Of a stretch of 56,455 bases of DNA, positions 13,228 through 24,491 are shown in pieces. Both the position numbers and the translations under genes were made by a program. Origin of the DNA: Neolecta irregularis DAH-3 (taxonomy: Eukaryota); assembly GCA_001929475.1 (NCBI GenBank), contig LXFE01000138.1, positions 1 through 56,455 of the forward strand. Reading direction: 5' to 3'. The notes below the pieces were generated by a model. It did no database searches. It had not been told where the DNA came from and saw nothing but the letters and a program-made list of their open reading frames with translations. Within the stretch, counting starts at the first letter, position 1, and each line of letters opens with the position of its first letter.

Positions 13228-13703
13228 ATGTTCATTTTCTTGGTTTCTTTAGTCACTTGTGATTCGATTGACCTTTCAGGCGACAAAGAGACGCTCTGGC
13301 TTGGCTACGGCATCTCCGAGACGCCCTTTCGCTTACGCGGCTGTGTAGGAATTATAGGCCACTATGATGGGACCACAACAACCCATGCTTGTAGCCTTCA
13401 AATGCTTCATGTAGACGAGGCAGGCCACCCCTTATGGATGAAAATGGTCTATTGAGTTTCAAAAATGGAAATGGCGATCTTTATGCGACATACCAAGCTT
13501 GGGGATACGGAGATTCTGGAAGATGGTCTGCAGCACATGACTGCTTATTCTATAATGAGTTCAAGTATGGATCAGACACAGGGAATTTTATCACCTATAC
13601 ATCCGCCTCTGAAAGATCTATTGAACAGGATGATTTCACTGGAGGAAGAGATGGATCAGAACGCTGTCAAGGCTGGGCCGATTACCATTGTTCCTGGACG
13701 TGA
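13228..13703 (+). CDS. Small putatively secreted Cys/Gly/aromatic-rich protein split across two frames (frameshift or cryptic intron)
   Basis: Hydrophobic start MFIFLVSLVTC; both ORFs have protein-like composition; frame switch near 13390-13430. Confidence 0.45.
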
Positions 13704-14246
13704 TGGCTCATAGATAATCTTAATTATAATCTAAAACTTGGTCCTCGGATTTGGGAAATGAATTGGCAAACAAGATAACATGCTCTATCTATCCACCAAA
13801 AGAATCTATCAATAATTTATTTCGTTTTATCCAAATCATGTCACAACTGTCACATGCTTTACAACTACCCCTCTGCGTGCGACATATTATACGAGCAATG
13901 CTAAATCAGTCATGCCGTACAACATCCTGCAAGCCAGTCTATACCCGCTGAACTATCCATGACAATGGCTTTTAGCATATTTCCGCACAGAGGGTTGTTA
14001 TGGTTCCATTTTCAAGAGGAGCAACCTCTGTATCCTGGAAGAAGAATATAAGAAAAGGAATGTGTTGCGTAAATTATGAGCAAATGCTTAGTATTAGTCA
14101 AACAATTTGCGAAATGGAATGTATCACTCTTACTAGACTTAGCACGTTGGCTAAATAACTCTTAGCTTCGAAAATGAATGCAATTGACCTGCGGACAGCG
14201 GATCAATGAATTTCCATTGCCGTGGAACTATTTTCTCCTAATCGAC

Positions 14247-14450
14247 ATGAACATCCCAATTCGAGCCCTTTTTTTCACGGTGTGCATCCAGTTCTTACTT
14301 TTTTCTCTAGGTCTGTTGAGTTACTTTTACTCTTCATTTGGGCAGAAATCAGGATATGCATCTCGGGCCACGGAAAACCTCTTGAATCATCCTCTCTCCA
14401 CCTATAATCAAACTCCTGGATTCGGTCAGATATATTGCATCAACCTTCCG
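14247..14450 (+). pseudogene. Truncated glycosyltransferase family 25-like N-terminus
   Basis: Signal anchor followed by NQTPGFGQIYCINLP, resembling the fungal GT25 NxTLGFxxIxxINLP motif; homology then stops abruptly. Confidence 0.5.
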
Positions 14451-15309
14451 GCAAGCTACTGGGTGGTTAGCCACAATGACACCAAATGTAAAGTTGCCTA
14501 CTTTACCTTCCCCATCTCCACTCCTCCACCTTAATTATTACAATTATATCTTAATATTATCGTCTTCTTTGAGTTTTTGTTGCCTGGCACAAGCTGCTCA
14601 TACTGTGACATTGCCACCTGCCCCTTTGTCTTCTTATTTAGAGCACTTGTCTTTCAATCCTCGAGTGTCTGCAGGTTTTTCTGTGAGTCAATTGAAGCTG
14701 GTAAATATTCTGTAGTTGGTAATGAAGATGGTGCTGGTAAAGATCAAAGCTGCTACTCTTGCCGAGCAGCCTGCCAGAGCTCTCCAGGCAGGTGGTTCAA
14801 TCGCTTGGAGGGGCAGGCGGTTTAGATCTGCCCAACCGCCCGCCCGTAGCCCGAGCAAAGGCTCACAAAGAATCACCCTCCACAGGATTCTGCAGTACTG
14901 GAGGACAAAGATTTTAAAGATAGTTGATAGTTGATAATGGATGTATGTATCCTTTGCGTGAGAGCTTTGTTTCTCATCAGCTGATTATTAGCCAAGGATA
15001 CTTGAGTTCAAAGTGCTTGTAGTAGTTCAAACCCAGATGGTGTTTATGGAATACGATAGCGTGTCAAAGCAATTAATTATACAATTATGCCTCTGAAGCT
15101 CTCTATCAAAAAAGGGCAAGTCACATAGTCATTCTGTCTTTATTATGTGACTGCGTTCGAGATTCTGCGATCATGCTACTTGACATCAAGTGTCGGAATA
15201 CAAACAAAGCCCAACAATAAACCCAATTCTACGGAAACTACAATCCAACGAAACCCAAATTACAAAGAATCACGAAAGCTGACCCCATACACTCTGAAAT
15301 TTCCCGCAT

Positions 15310-17067
15310 TTACAAAGGCACCGTCAGATCATCCACATCTCCTTGATAGACGACACCATCGTCGTGTAGAAATTGGGGAGCATTCCGTTTACTTCTTTTT
15401 ACTAGCTCAAAGAGTGAAAAGATGAAGTTGCAGCCTGAAACCTCTGAAAGTTTTGCCTTCATCTTGCCAGGCAACGTTTTCATTCTCGCTCCGGTCTTGT
15501 TCAAGAAGAACCCATTGATAACAAGTTCTTTTAGGGCTGTCTTGGTGCCAGTAAAATGATCTTCAAGCGATTTTAGATCATCGTTGTAGACTTCAACAGC
15601 GTCGTTGCGATCGGTGTCGGGGTGAAATTTGAGACTAGAGAAAAATGGAAGACTACTGGTGTGCTTTAGTGTAATATTCACAACGGGATGTTTCCGTCGT
15701 TCCGTTGCTGTTGCGAAACTGAGAGCTATAATGTTGCCATAAAGCGTAATACTTCGCAGTTTTTTGGAGATGACTTTCAGGGCTTCTTGCCAAACGCCAG
15801 GGTCGATATTCCCATAACGAGAATGTAAAATTAGCTGCTCGAGATGTTCAAATCGAGAGATCATGTCAATAAATGCTGTAACATATGTCGCGTCTAATAT
15901 ATTATTTTCGTTCAAATCAGTGCTAAGTTTCTTTGTGTGAGTATAAAGCGATAATCGTCGAACGCCAGTGAGATATCTACCTGCCTTTTCCATGCTAATG
16001 TCACTTGCAACTGTGAGAAGGACAGGGATTGATGGTACAAGATCATCTAAAAGAAGGCTTCTAACAAGGTACTGGGCTAGAGTTATTTCGATAGAAGTTT
16101 TTGGCACCTCGAGAATATCAATTGCAAACCGTAACCATTCCTCCTTGAATTCTTCTATTGAGTGATCAATGCAATGCTTAACTTGCAAGCGCTGAGGTTT
16201 TCGCGCGAAGAACCTAGCGGAAGGATTGGCAGCGATTAGAGCCCGATAGAGGTCGTAATATTCTCCATAGCTCCACCCATTCCTGAAAAAGGTCTCAAGA
16301 AGTTCTGGTCTGGTGGACCCTCTGATGTCTAGAATCTTCAAGCTCTCCCACCGCGGTACAAAGGATAAGAATTGGGTAATCTGATCGTGCTGCCATAAAA
16401 ATCCGCCGCGGAAAATCTGAATTTGATGCTCAAGCATAGCCTGGTAAGATTTGGGGCCTTGTTGTATGCCTATTCCTATAACATTGTATTCGATTTCAGT
16501 GACATTCGGGAACAAGCCCAGAATAATCGGCAATATCGAGACCTCATCTGCTTCATTCTCACTTTCACTGGAGTGATCGAGGGAAAAATCCATAATGGCA
16601 TTCAGATTTCTGATATTTCCTTTGGTCAAGGTATCTCTTCTCAGTCGTATGGACTTTACCTTTTGACCACAACATAAGTATACTGAATGCGTGCGCAGGA
16701 TAACAGCCAATCTCTCGATATCTTCAGCTACTAAAAAAGCGCTCAAGTCCAACTGCTGGATATTCGGACAAGTTGCAATGATATAAAGAAGATCAGGAAG
16801 AGCGGATACTGACAAGTCTTGATGTACCGGGAATCTTTTAACCCAGGATGCATTCTTTGGAGTGAGATACTGATATACGAAGGTACGGAACAGAGTCCTT
16901 GGAGGTCGGGGTACTGCATATAAAAGTGGAAGAAGTTCGGTATAAAGGTATTTGCAGCTGAGAATGAGGCTCCAGACTGACTGATGTTCCAAGTAGCCAT
17001 TCAAATGCAGTACAAGGTCAGAGCAGGTTTGCAATGTTCGAAGAAAGGGCGATTGTTGATGATACAT
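15310..17067 (-). CDS. Intronless F-box-like/LRR protein, 585 aa
   Basis: N-terminal DLVLHLNGYL...SLILSCKYLY...PLLY motif; LRR-like CPNIQQLDLS, WESLKILDI, FEHLEQLIL. Confidence 0.7.
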   Translation of the reverse strand: MYHQQSPFLRTLQTCSDLVLHLNGYLEHQSVWSLILSCKYLYTELLPLLYAVPRPPRTLFRTFVYQYLTPKNASWVKRFPVHQDLSVSALPDLLYIIATCPNIQQLDLSAFLVAEDIERLAVILRTHSVYLCCGQKVKSIRLRRDTLTKGNIRNLNAIMDFSLDHSSESENEADEVSILPIILGLFPNVTEIEYNVIGIGIQQGPKSYQAMLEHQIQIFRGGFLWQHDQITQFLSFVPRWESLKILDIRGSTRPELLETFFRNGWSYGEYYDLYRALIAANPSARFFARKPQRLQVKHCIDHSIEEFKEEWLRFAIDILEVPKTSIEITLAQYLVRSLLLDDLVPSIPVLLTVASDISMEKAGRYLTGVRRLSLYTHTKKLSTDLNENNILDATYVTAFIDMISRFEHLEQLILHSRYGNIDPGVWQEALKVISKKLRSITLYGNIIALSFATATERRKHPVVNITLKHTSSLPFFSSLKFHPDTDRNDAVEVYNDDLKSLEDHFTGTKTALKELVINGFFLNKTGARMKTLPGKMKAKLSEVSGCNFIFSLFELVKRSKRNAPQFLHDDGVVYQGDVDDLTVPL

Positions 17068-17383
17068 TGTTGGCGACAGGTCTTATTTCCCTCAATACGA
17101 TTCAACTTCCAAATACCGCCGAAGTAGAGCATACTCTTCCCGACTAATTCTTGCAGGTTATGCAAATATATGATGCCAAAGAACAGAGAGGCGGTCGGTG
17201 CAGTGGTGGTGGAGTGGATATTGTACGAAGCCGAGATACATAGAAGTGAGCAATCGTAGACAAGTGACATTCGTCCATTCTTGCTCTTCGTTGTCTTGTT
17301 TATTGCAATTCACATTCGCATTCTACTTGACAAGCCAAGATCATATCTCGACCTAACCACACCCTCCATTTTCTTTCCCTCCG

Positions 17384-18784
17384 ATGCTACCAGTGATTCG
17401 CACCCGGATATATCAGAGATGTTTGCAGTCTCCATCAAACCCTGTTATAAAATGTGTTTGGATCAATCGTATTTTAGTGCGAAGATATTCATCTCCATTA
17501 GAAGCAGCTGCGGCAGATGTGCCAATAAAACCAACACCAGCTAATGCTCCCATTACGCATAAACAGGTCGGATACTGGTTGCTAGGGTCAGCAGGCCTTG
17601 TCTTCGGGATTGTAGTGGTGGGTGGATTGACTCGATTAACCGAGAGTGGGTACAACCAAAACATTTTATTGTTGTTTCTTATCTCTAGACTAAGTATAAC
17701 AGAATGGAATCCGGTTACCGGTGTCCTCCCTCCACTGACCCAAGATGCATGGATCGAAGAGTTTCAAAAGTATAAACGTCATCCAGAATACAAACTTCTC
17801 AATCAAAACATTTCCCTCGACGAATTCAAGTTCATTTTTTTTATGGAATGGGCTCACCGAATCTGGGGTCGAGTAATTGGTCTATCATTTATTCTTCCTA
17901 TGACATATTTCATTGCTCGAAAGAAAGTCACTCCACGAATCCGCAATCGGCTCTTGGGAATTGCAGGGTTGATTGGGTTTCAGGGCTTCATCGGATGGTG
18001 GATGGTCAGATCTGGCCTGGGAGAGGATCTGAAAGATCAGTCGGGTGTTCCCCGAGTGTCCCAGTATCGTCTTGCAACACATCTGGGATTAGCTTTTACA
18101 GTTTATCTATTGATGTTGCATACTGGCCTCAGTATATTGAATGAGCATCGATTTTCCGCCTCACACGCATACCGCGATGCAATTATTGCTCTCAAATTAC
18201 CAGCCCTGCGAAATTTCAAGATTGCAGTGGGACTTACGGGTGCGATGGTTTTTCTAACGGCACTATCTGGTGCATTTGTAGCGGGACTCGATGCTGGAAT
18301 GATATACAATACCTTTCCACTAATGGGAGAATCTTTATTTCCACCAAAATCAGAATTGATATCTCCAAATTACGCTCGTTCTTCCAGCGATATCACATGG
18401 AGGAATATGTTGGAAAACCCTGTTACTGCTCAGCTCGATCATCGAGTTCTTGCTATCTCGACATTTGCAGCGATTGTAGCGCTATGGGCTTATTCTCGTC
18501 GGCTGCCTTTACCCCGGCCTGTGCTCAAAGCAACTGGAGGGGTTCTACATGTTGCACTACTTCAAGTCGCTCTCGGAATTTCGACGCTTCTATACGTCGT
18601 TCCCATACCTCTCGCTGCTGCTCATCAAGCTGGAAGTTTGGCGCTTTTGACGATGTTTGTGGTTCTGGGAAGTCGCCTCAGAGTTCCTCGGACTCTTATG
18701 GCCTCTGGAATATCTCGTTCCAAAATTCATCGAAGTTCGCTGCTTATTGCAGGTGTTGGAATCCATGCTAATAAAACCACATAA
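17384..18784 (+). CDS. COX15: Heme A synthase
   Basis: GGLTRLTESGLSITEW after removing the in-frame intron 17650-17688; EWAHRIWGR, SQYRLATHL, GAFVAGLDAG, HQAG. Confidence 0.97.
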   Translation: MLPVIRTRIYQRCLQSPSNPVIKCVWINRILVRRYSSPLEAAAADVPIKPTPANAPITHKQVGYWLLGSAGLVFGIVVVGGLTRLTESGYNQNILLLFLISRLSITEWNPVTGVLPPLTQDAWIEEFQKYKRHPEYKLLNQNISLDEFKFIFFMEWAHRIWGRVIGLSFILPMTYFIARKKVTPRIRNRLLGIAGLIGFQGFIGWWMVRSGLGEDLKDQSGVPRVSQYRLATHLGLAFTVYLLMLHTGLSILNEHRFSASHAYRDAIIALKLPALRNFKIAVGLTGAMVFLTALSGAFVAGLDAGMIYNTFPLMGESLFPPKSELISPNYARSSSDITWRNMLENPVTAQLDHRVLAISTFAAIVALWAYSRRLPLPRPVLKATGGVLHVALLQVALGISTLLYVVPIPLAAAHQAGSLALLTMFVVLGSRLRVPRTLMASGISRSKIHRSSLLIAGVGIHANKTT

Positions 18785-19030
18785 GGTGGTGTAACCTTTC
18801 GAGTTGAATGTGACATGAACAATCGGTCAAGACATGAATTACTCTTCTTTGATCGACTTATCATTGGTTTAACTATATTCATGGCTACTTGGTGTCTTTG
18901 CTATGCCCCTCTCATACACTGGGAGAGTCTCCACTTCTCCCTTTACCACCACCCAGGCTTACTCCAAGGCAGCATCTCCGTTACAATGATCCAACAACTG
19001 GTCTGACGGAAGTGTTTCACGTGATATTAA

Positions 19031-19297
19031 ATAATGCTATGTAGCCCTTATCCTCCTATGTCTCCTCCCTATCCGCTTTCCTACCTGCCTCACCAGCCCG
19101 TCTCTCCCACCTCGCACTCCCGTCTCGCCCATCTTTCCCGCCCGGTGCACCCGTCTTTCCCACCTCGCGCACCGTTCTAGCCCGTTTGACCCGTCTGTTT
19201 GGCCTGTTTGGTCACCCGCATTGCCCACCCGCCTGTCAGTTTCTTCTTGCCAATATTTAGATAAATATAAGGAATTATTTACATAATATAGCATTAT
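19031..19297. mobile_element. MITE-like insertion with a C-rich interior
   Basis: 10-bp terminal inverted repeat ATAATGCTAT/ATAGCATTAT; internal direct repeat CCCGTCTyTCCCACCTCGC. Confidence 0.4.
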
Positions 19298-19765
19298 ACC
19301 TGCTTTTTAACATATTCCTGCTCTGCCCTGCATGCCACCTCCCAAAATTGTGTTCACATGTTAGGCCTATCCCCAACACTGCAACTGGATATATGTATGT
19401 GGAACTGCAAATTGAAGTTGAATCAAGCTTATTCAGTTGTCAGATTTCCACAGCGCTCCCACTGGAAAACGAAACTGCCCATTAATAATACCTCTCTCTG
19501 TAACCATTAGTATGAACATCCAACACGGCCACAATGTGCTTCTGGACCACAAGCCGACGAAGTATTATTATGGAGCCCAATTGGATTGCTTCGAATATTT
19601 GACCTTGCCTTTGGAATCATGGGTAGGTATTATAGATTTAAACAACGCCAATCATATTTGTATCTAGCAGAATGTGCCATCTATTGAGACCATCGAACGC
19701 CAACCTTCCGAATCGGTTGGCAATGAAATTTCGTTACGCCACCTTCGAAATATAATTGTTCCACA

Positions 19766-20815
19766 ATGCATCTTGCACGAGGTGAAGAGGCTTTCTTTAT
19801 GATATTTTCTCATTTTAGAGGTGCTGAAGCTTCGCAGTGTAGTGCCTAGACCAATTGTAAGAGTGCAGAACCTTCGCAACTTCAATACCACATCCCAAAT
19901 TCATGCAGGCTCGAAATTCGATACTGAGCAAATAAGATCAAGGGAACGGAGAGGAGTATAATATCTCTGTAGCAATTGACTGATCTAATAGCCATTTACA
20001 TGGAAGGCCGGGGTTTTATTTCTTGTCACAGGGTCGTTCTTAGCGTGGTATTTCAAATCCGAGAAAGAGAGAATGAAACGAAAGCGTATAAGCCACTTGC
20101 GCAGACATATCTGAAGAATAAGGTAGAGGAGAGTCAAACAAGGCTATTGGAAAGCCTCGAGTTGGTGGCCCTTTTAAATTAATTGATCATAATGGAAAAA
20201 ATGTCACAGACGAGGATTTTCTTGGAAGACATATGTTGGTACGAAATTTCTCTGCGCTCATTTTGCTCACGCAAGGTATATTTTGGGTTTTCGCATTGTC
20301 CAGATATTTGTCCCGATGAGCTGGACAAGATGGCATTGATGATCGACAGTAAGTTAAACCTGAATGCCTGTATGGTTTAAGAGGATAGCGATAAATAAGA
20401 AAACGCAAAAGATGACGCCCATTTTTATTACCTGCGATCCTGCTCGAGATAATCCTAAGCAATTGAAAAACTATCTCAAAGGTTTTTCTCATCTCATAAA
20501 GTTTTGCCTGATGTTAGAATTTCATGAAGGCATCATCGGTTTGACTGGAGACTGGGAGAACATTCGGTCTGTCTGTAAAGCCTATCGAGTTTATTTTTCA
20601 ACGCCTCCGGATGCCAAGCCTGGCGATGATTACTTGGTAGACCATTCCATCTTCTTTTATTTGATGGGCATGTACCTTGTGAAACATTGGTCTAATTATC
20701 TGTAGATCCTGAAGGTCAGTTTGTCGATGCGTTTGGTCGACAAATGACTGGAGAAGAGACGACGAAGAAAATTTTGGCATACGTAGGAGACTGGGAACCT
20801 TCAAAGGCCCTATGA
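19766..20815 (+). CDS. SCO1: Cytochrome c oxidase copper chaperone
   Basis: [46 protein letters not shown]; seven introns. Confidence 0.96.
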
Positions 20816-20867
20816 GTACAGTTGATTTCGGTTTGTCTCATTAAAGAAATGAAAATTCCGTTATATT

Positions 20868-22058
20868 CTATCCAGAAGTACACTGATATCTTTGCATCAA
20901 ATCCTGCCAAATATCGATAGATTCAGTTATGGTCTTCCATGCTTTCATAGCAGCCAATGTCTTCGCATTCTTTTGGTTCATAGCTGCCCCTCTACCAAAT
21001 TCTTGGCCGTCAACACAACAGGTGAAGACGTACTGAGCTCCTATACCGCTGGATATCATATTGTAAGCTACTCGAGCAGTCGTCCCTACAAAAAGATTGT
21101 GAAGCTTTTGTTTCGCATTACTATCTGGGATCACTTCGGTGACCAATTTCTCCTCATATTCTTCAATATGAGGTTTCGCGAGTTCGTATAGCCATTTCTC
21201 TACTATCTGGGGTCCGTCATTTGAATCAAGAATCAATCCTCCGATATAAGCCTCAAAGATATCGGCGATGACTTTTGTTTGTGAACGAAGACCTTCTCGT
21301 TCACAACTGTCCGCGAGCAAAAGTTTCTTCTCGAAACCATATAGTTTACTGAATTTTTCGGCCATCACATTTCCGATTAACTTTGAACGGAATATCGACA
21401 AACCGCCTTCGCGGAGGGTTGTGAACTTTGTAAATACCAAACGTGTCATGCAGTGATTGTAGTACGAATCGCCAAGAAACTCTAGACGTTCATTGTGAGG
21501 AATATCCTTGTCGTATGCATCTCTGTAGTCGGCGGCATATGATTTATGCGTAAAGACCTGGTCAACGATGGCGGTATTATTGATGGGAGGTAATGGAGGC
21601 GGATATGAAGATGTTTTGCGGGGAGTTAGAGGTGTATGTCCGAGATACGACGGTAGTACAGTCGCGAAAAAAGCATCTTCAGGGATCTGTGACGTATTCT
21701 CGAATGAAAAATCTCCGGCTCTATGTGCTGTTTTGAGGGTTTCCGCGAGTCTAAGTTTCGCGAGTACATTCTTGGATATGGCGTCATCCTTTGGCGCCGA
21801 AAAGTCGTTGGGTATAGCATTAAGAAGACCCTGCAAAATTTCCAAAAGTTTTTCGACTTTCTCTATGATTCTTGAATCAGTTTCATCCTAGAGGTCTCAG
21901 CCGTCAAATAGTCGATAAAATGGTGATAAAACCACCCAGTTGTACCCTACCTTTTGCGTTTTCGATTCTTCATCTTCTTTTAGCCGCTTCAACTTTTCTG
22001 CTGCTGGGTCAATAAGCTGTCCATAAGGCTCAGTTTGGTCTCGCCTTCTTTTGGCCAT
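20868..22058 (-). CDS. pac1: Ribonuclease III with C-terminal dsRBD (Pac1/Rnt1 type)
   Basis: HNERLEFLGDS signature, ADIFEAYIG, dsRBD GRGAAMNQKNAKTLAA; basic N-terminal exon from ATG 22058. Confidence 0.9.
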
Positions 22059-22346
22059 TTACCCAATGAACAGAATGGTATCAAAGATCCAAGGCGGAAG
22101 TGCCCAGATATGTGGTACAAAGTGTTGTCCGAATTACCCGTCACTGATTACGAAGTTTTCCTTATACATACAGGCTAAAAGCTACTTCGAAATATGTTAT
22201 TTCGAGTTCAGAAAAGCATCTTCAAGAAACTCTATGCATATACTAGGCAATGACGACACCCAACTTGTAAATAGACTTTATTAAGAATGAGTGCATCTGA
22301 TTTATGAGTACATAGGGGTTCAAGAATAGGCTGATGGCTGATTACG

Positions 22347-22584
22347 GGAGGTGATGATTCGATATATGGTCCTAGAGGTTATGGATAGACAATCTCGTTT
22401 CATAACAAGACAAACAACTTCAGTCGAGGCGAAAAGTAGATTTTGAATGCGCTAGATTTGATTAGGTAACCCTAACCCTTCCACATACTTTGACATTGCT
22501 ATGCTCTTTCAAGGAGACCCATCACCTTGACAATAAAATTTACCAAAAAGTCGGGAAAGACTCAATGTTTGAATCTGAAACCTT
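22347..22584 (+). ncRNA. Candidate ~235-nt box C/D RNA containing a telomere-template-like sequence
   Basis: Box C GTGATGA 22351-22357 followed by TTC; GAAT then box D CTGA 22575-22578 (complementary stem II); TAACCCTAACCCT at 22467-22479. Confidence 0.4.
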
Positions 22585-22650
22585 ATTCTCGGCTGTAACT
22601 TTTCCCCTCATAATTTCTAAAAACCATTTTAACATTAATTAGATCCAAAT

Positions 22651-24121
22651 CTAAAGCTTCTTGGGTTTCCAAACATCCCAATAATTATTCTTCCACCCTC
22701 TATCGTAAATATTGACCAACTCTCTAATATGTTTAACAAGTCTACCGGAACTACCAATGGGTATCTGTTCACTGGCACGGCCATGTTCATCAATTGCAAC
22801 AACCCTTCTCTGCCGTAGATCGAGGATGATATCTTCACGAGGAAACGCGTACGCTTCTTCAGGTCCACCTTCAAAGATCTAGACTCAGCAATCCGACACC
22901 CTGTGAAATAGCACCATGATCTCCTTATATTTTATAGCTTCTTTGACGTCATCCCATTTCATTGATTCATTAGTGGTTGTCCCCGAGTAGATGAGATATA
23001 ATTGGAATATTAGAAATCCAACAACGACAAGCTGCAATAATCCAGTCAGAATAAGTAACGCGCCAAGAGTTTCTCGATAAAATGCAAAGTCCTTTTAGTG
23101 AGCCGCAATGAGCCACATGGGAGATTTTCAACTATACCCACCACAATTGATATTGACCCACATCTGGAGGAATATCCACATCTACTCTTGAACTCGAGGT
23201 GGCTTCCACGATTCCAGTGATCAATCGCGATACAATCCAGAATCCGTACCTGTTAGTGAGTATCATATAGATACTAAAGATACAAGAGATATAACAGATT
23301 TGCTCCAATAAAAACGAGGAAATATCTCGTATTGTTCATTCCCACACAATTGTTAATCCAGGCACCTACTCAATTAGATCTCTTCCACCAAGGGTAGTAA
23401 TACAATGATGATCCATTTTCGCGACACAAGTCTTACATAATGAGCAATGTTTTGAACGAGCTGGTTTTTCGAATTTGCAGGTACGGCATGTATTTCTCGG
23501 ATGAAAGATGATACAGTCGAATGGATATATTCGTAGTGCGTTCCGGTGATTTTCCTTGGTTATGAATCCCGGGTCGGTCGTAGAGGCGTAGTACAGTGTG
23601 ATATAAGGGAGTAATATGACTATTAATATCATGAGACTATTTCCAATTGAGCATAGATTGAAATGGGGAATGATACTATTCCATAATTCCAATTTTGGGC
23701 GAGGGCAAATGCCATCGTAACTCGAACACAAAGGCACCTGATCCGCAAGTTACAAGAGTGAGATAAAAGCCCTTTATTTATTAGTATTTTCGTCTAGGAC
23801 GTGTGATACCATGACGAGGTAGTGTTTCTCGCCAGTCAACCAGTTTACCCATGAAGAGCAATATGGGATGGCATGACTGCCACAAATTAAACCATCTAGC
23901 TTTCCAAATATTAAAGGTATTTTCTCAGTTAAGAAACGATGGACAGTTCCAATAGGGCCATGTCTTTTTTGTCAGCCTTATATGTGTTGAGTATACCTAA
24001 ACTTGGGGATCTGGCCGAAAAGTAAAACAAAAACGAGAATCGAAAGGATCTTGATTTATTGGTATAGTTATAATCTCGATCATACAGCTATAAAAGCTCC
24101 TAAAGGGTATAGAAACGTCAT
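22651..24121 (-). CDS. SWF1: DHHC palmitoyltransferase
   Basis: [15 protein letters not shown]...[25 protein letters not shown]-terminus [12 protein letters not shown] typical of Swf1. Confidence 0.9.
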
Positions 24122-24168
24122 TTAGAGCTCAATTCTCTGTGCTACTAGCAGGTGTCACGTTGGCTGAG

Positions 24169-24422
24169 TGTAAGCATATATGCTTGCTAGCTCTCTGCTA
24201 TTGTGCTATGTTATGTTATTCTAATACGTTATATTGCTGTTCTTGCTCTTAGGTTAATTAAGGGTCTTTCTTTATAATACAGTTCTCATTATCAGCTACT
24301 CCTTACTTTCTTTTGTATTTACTTATGTCAGAGTGTAAGGTTAAGGTCAACTTTATGTCTACGTTTATCCTAGACTGGTTCCAAGTTGCCTCTGGTGAAG
24401 CATGCCCTATATATTCTTTACA
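24169..24422. mobile_element. Solo LTR-like element (254 bp)
   Basis: Starts TGTAAGCATATA, identical to the 4589 LTR start; ends ATATATTCTTTACA; near-TSD CTGAG/CTGGG. Confidence 0.55.
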
Positions 24423-24491
24423 CTGGGTGTAATAAACCCCGCGGGGCATGGCGCCCTCGAGTATAAATTTAAATACTTCAAGATTATATTC

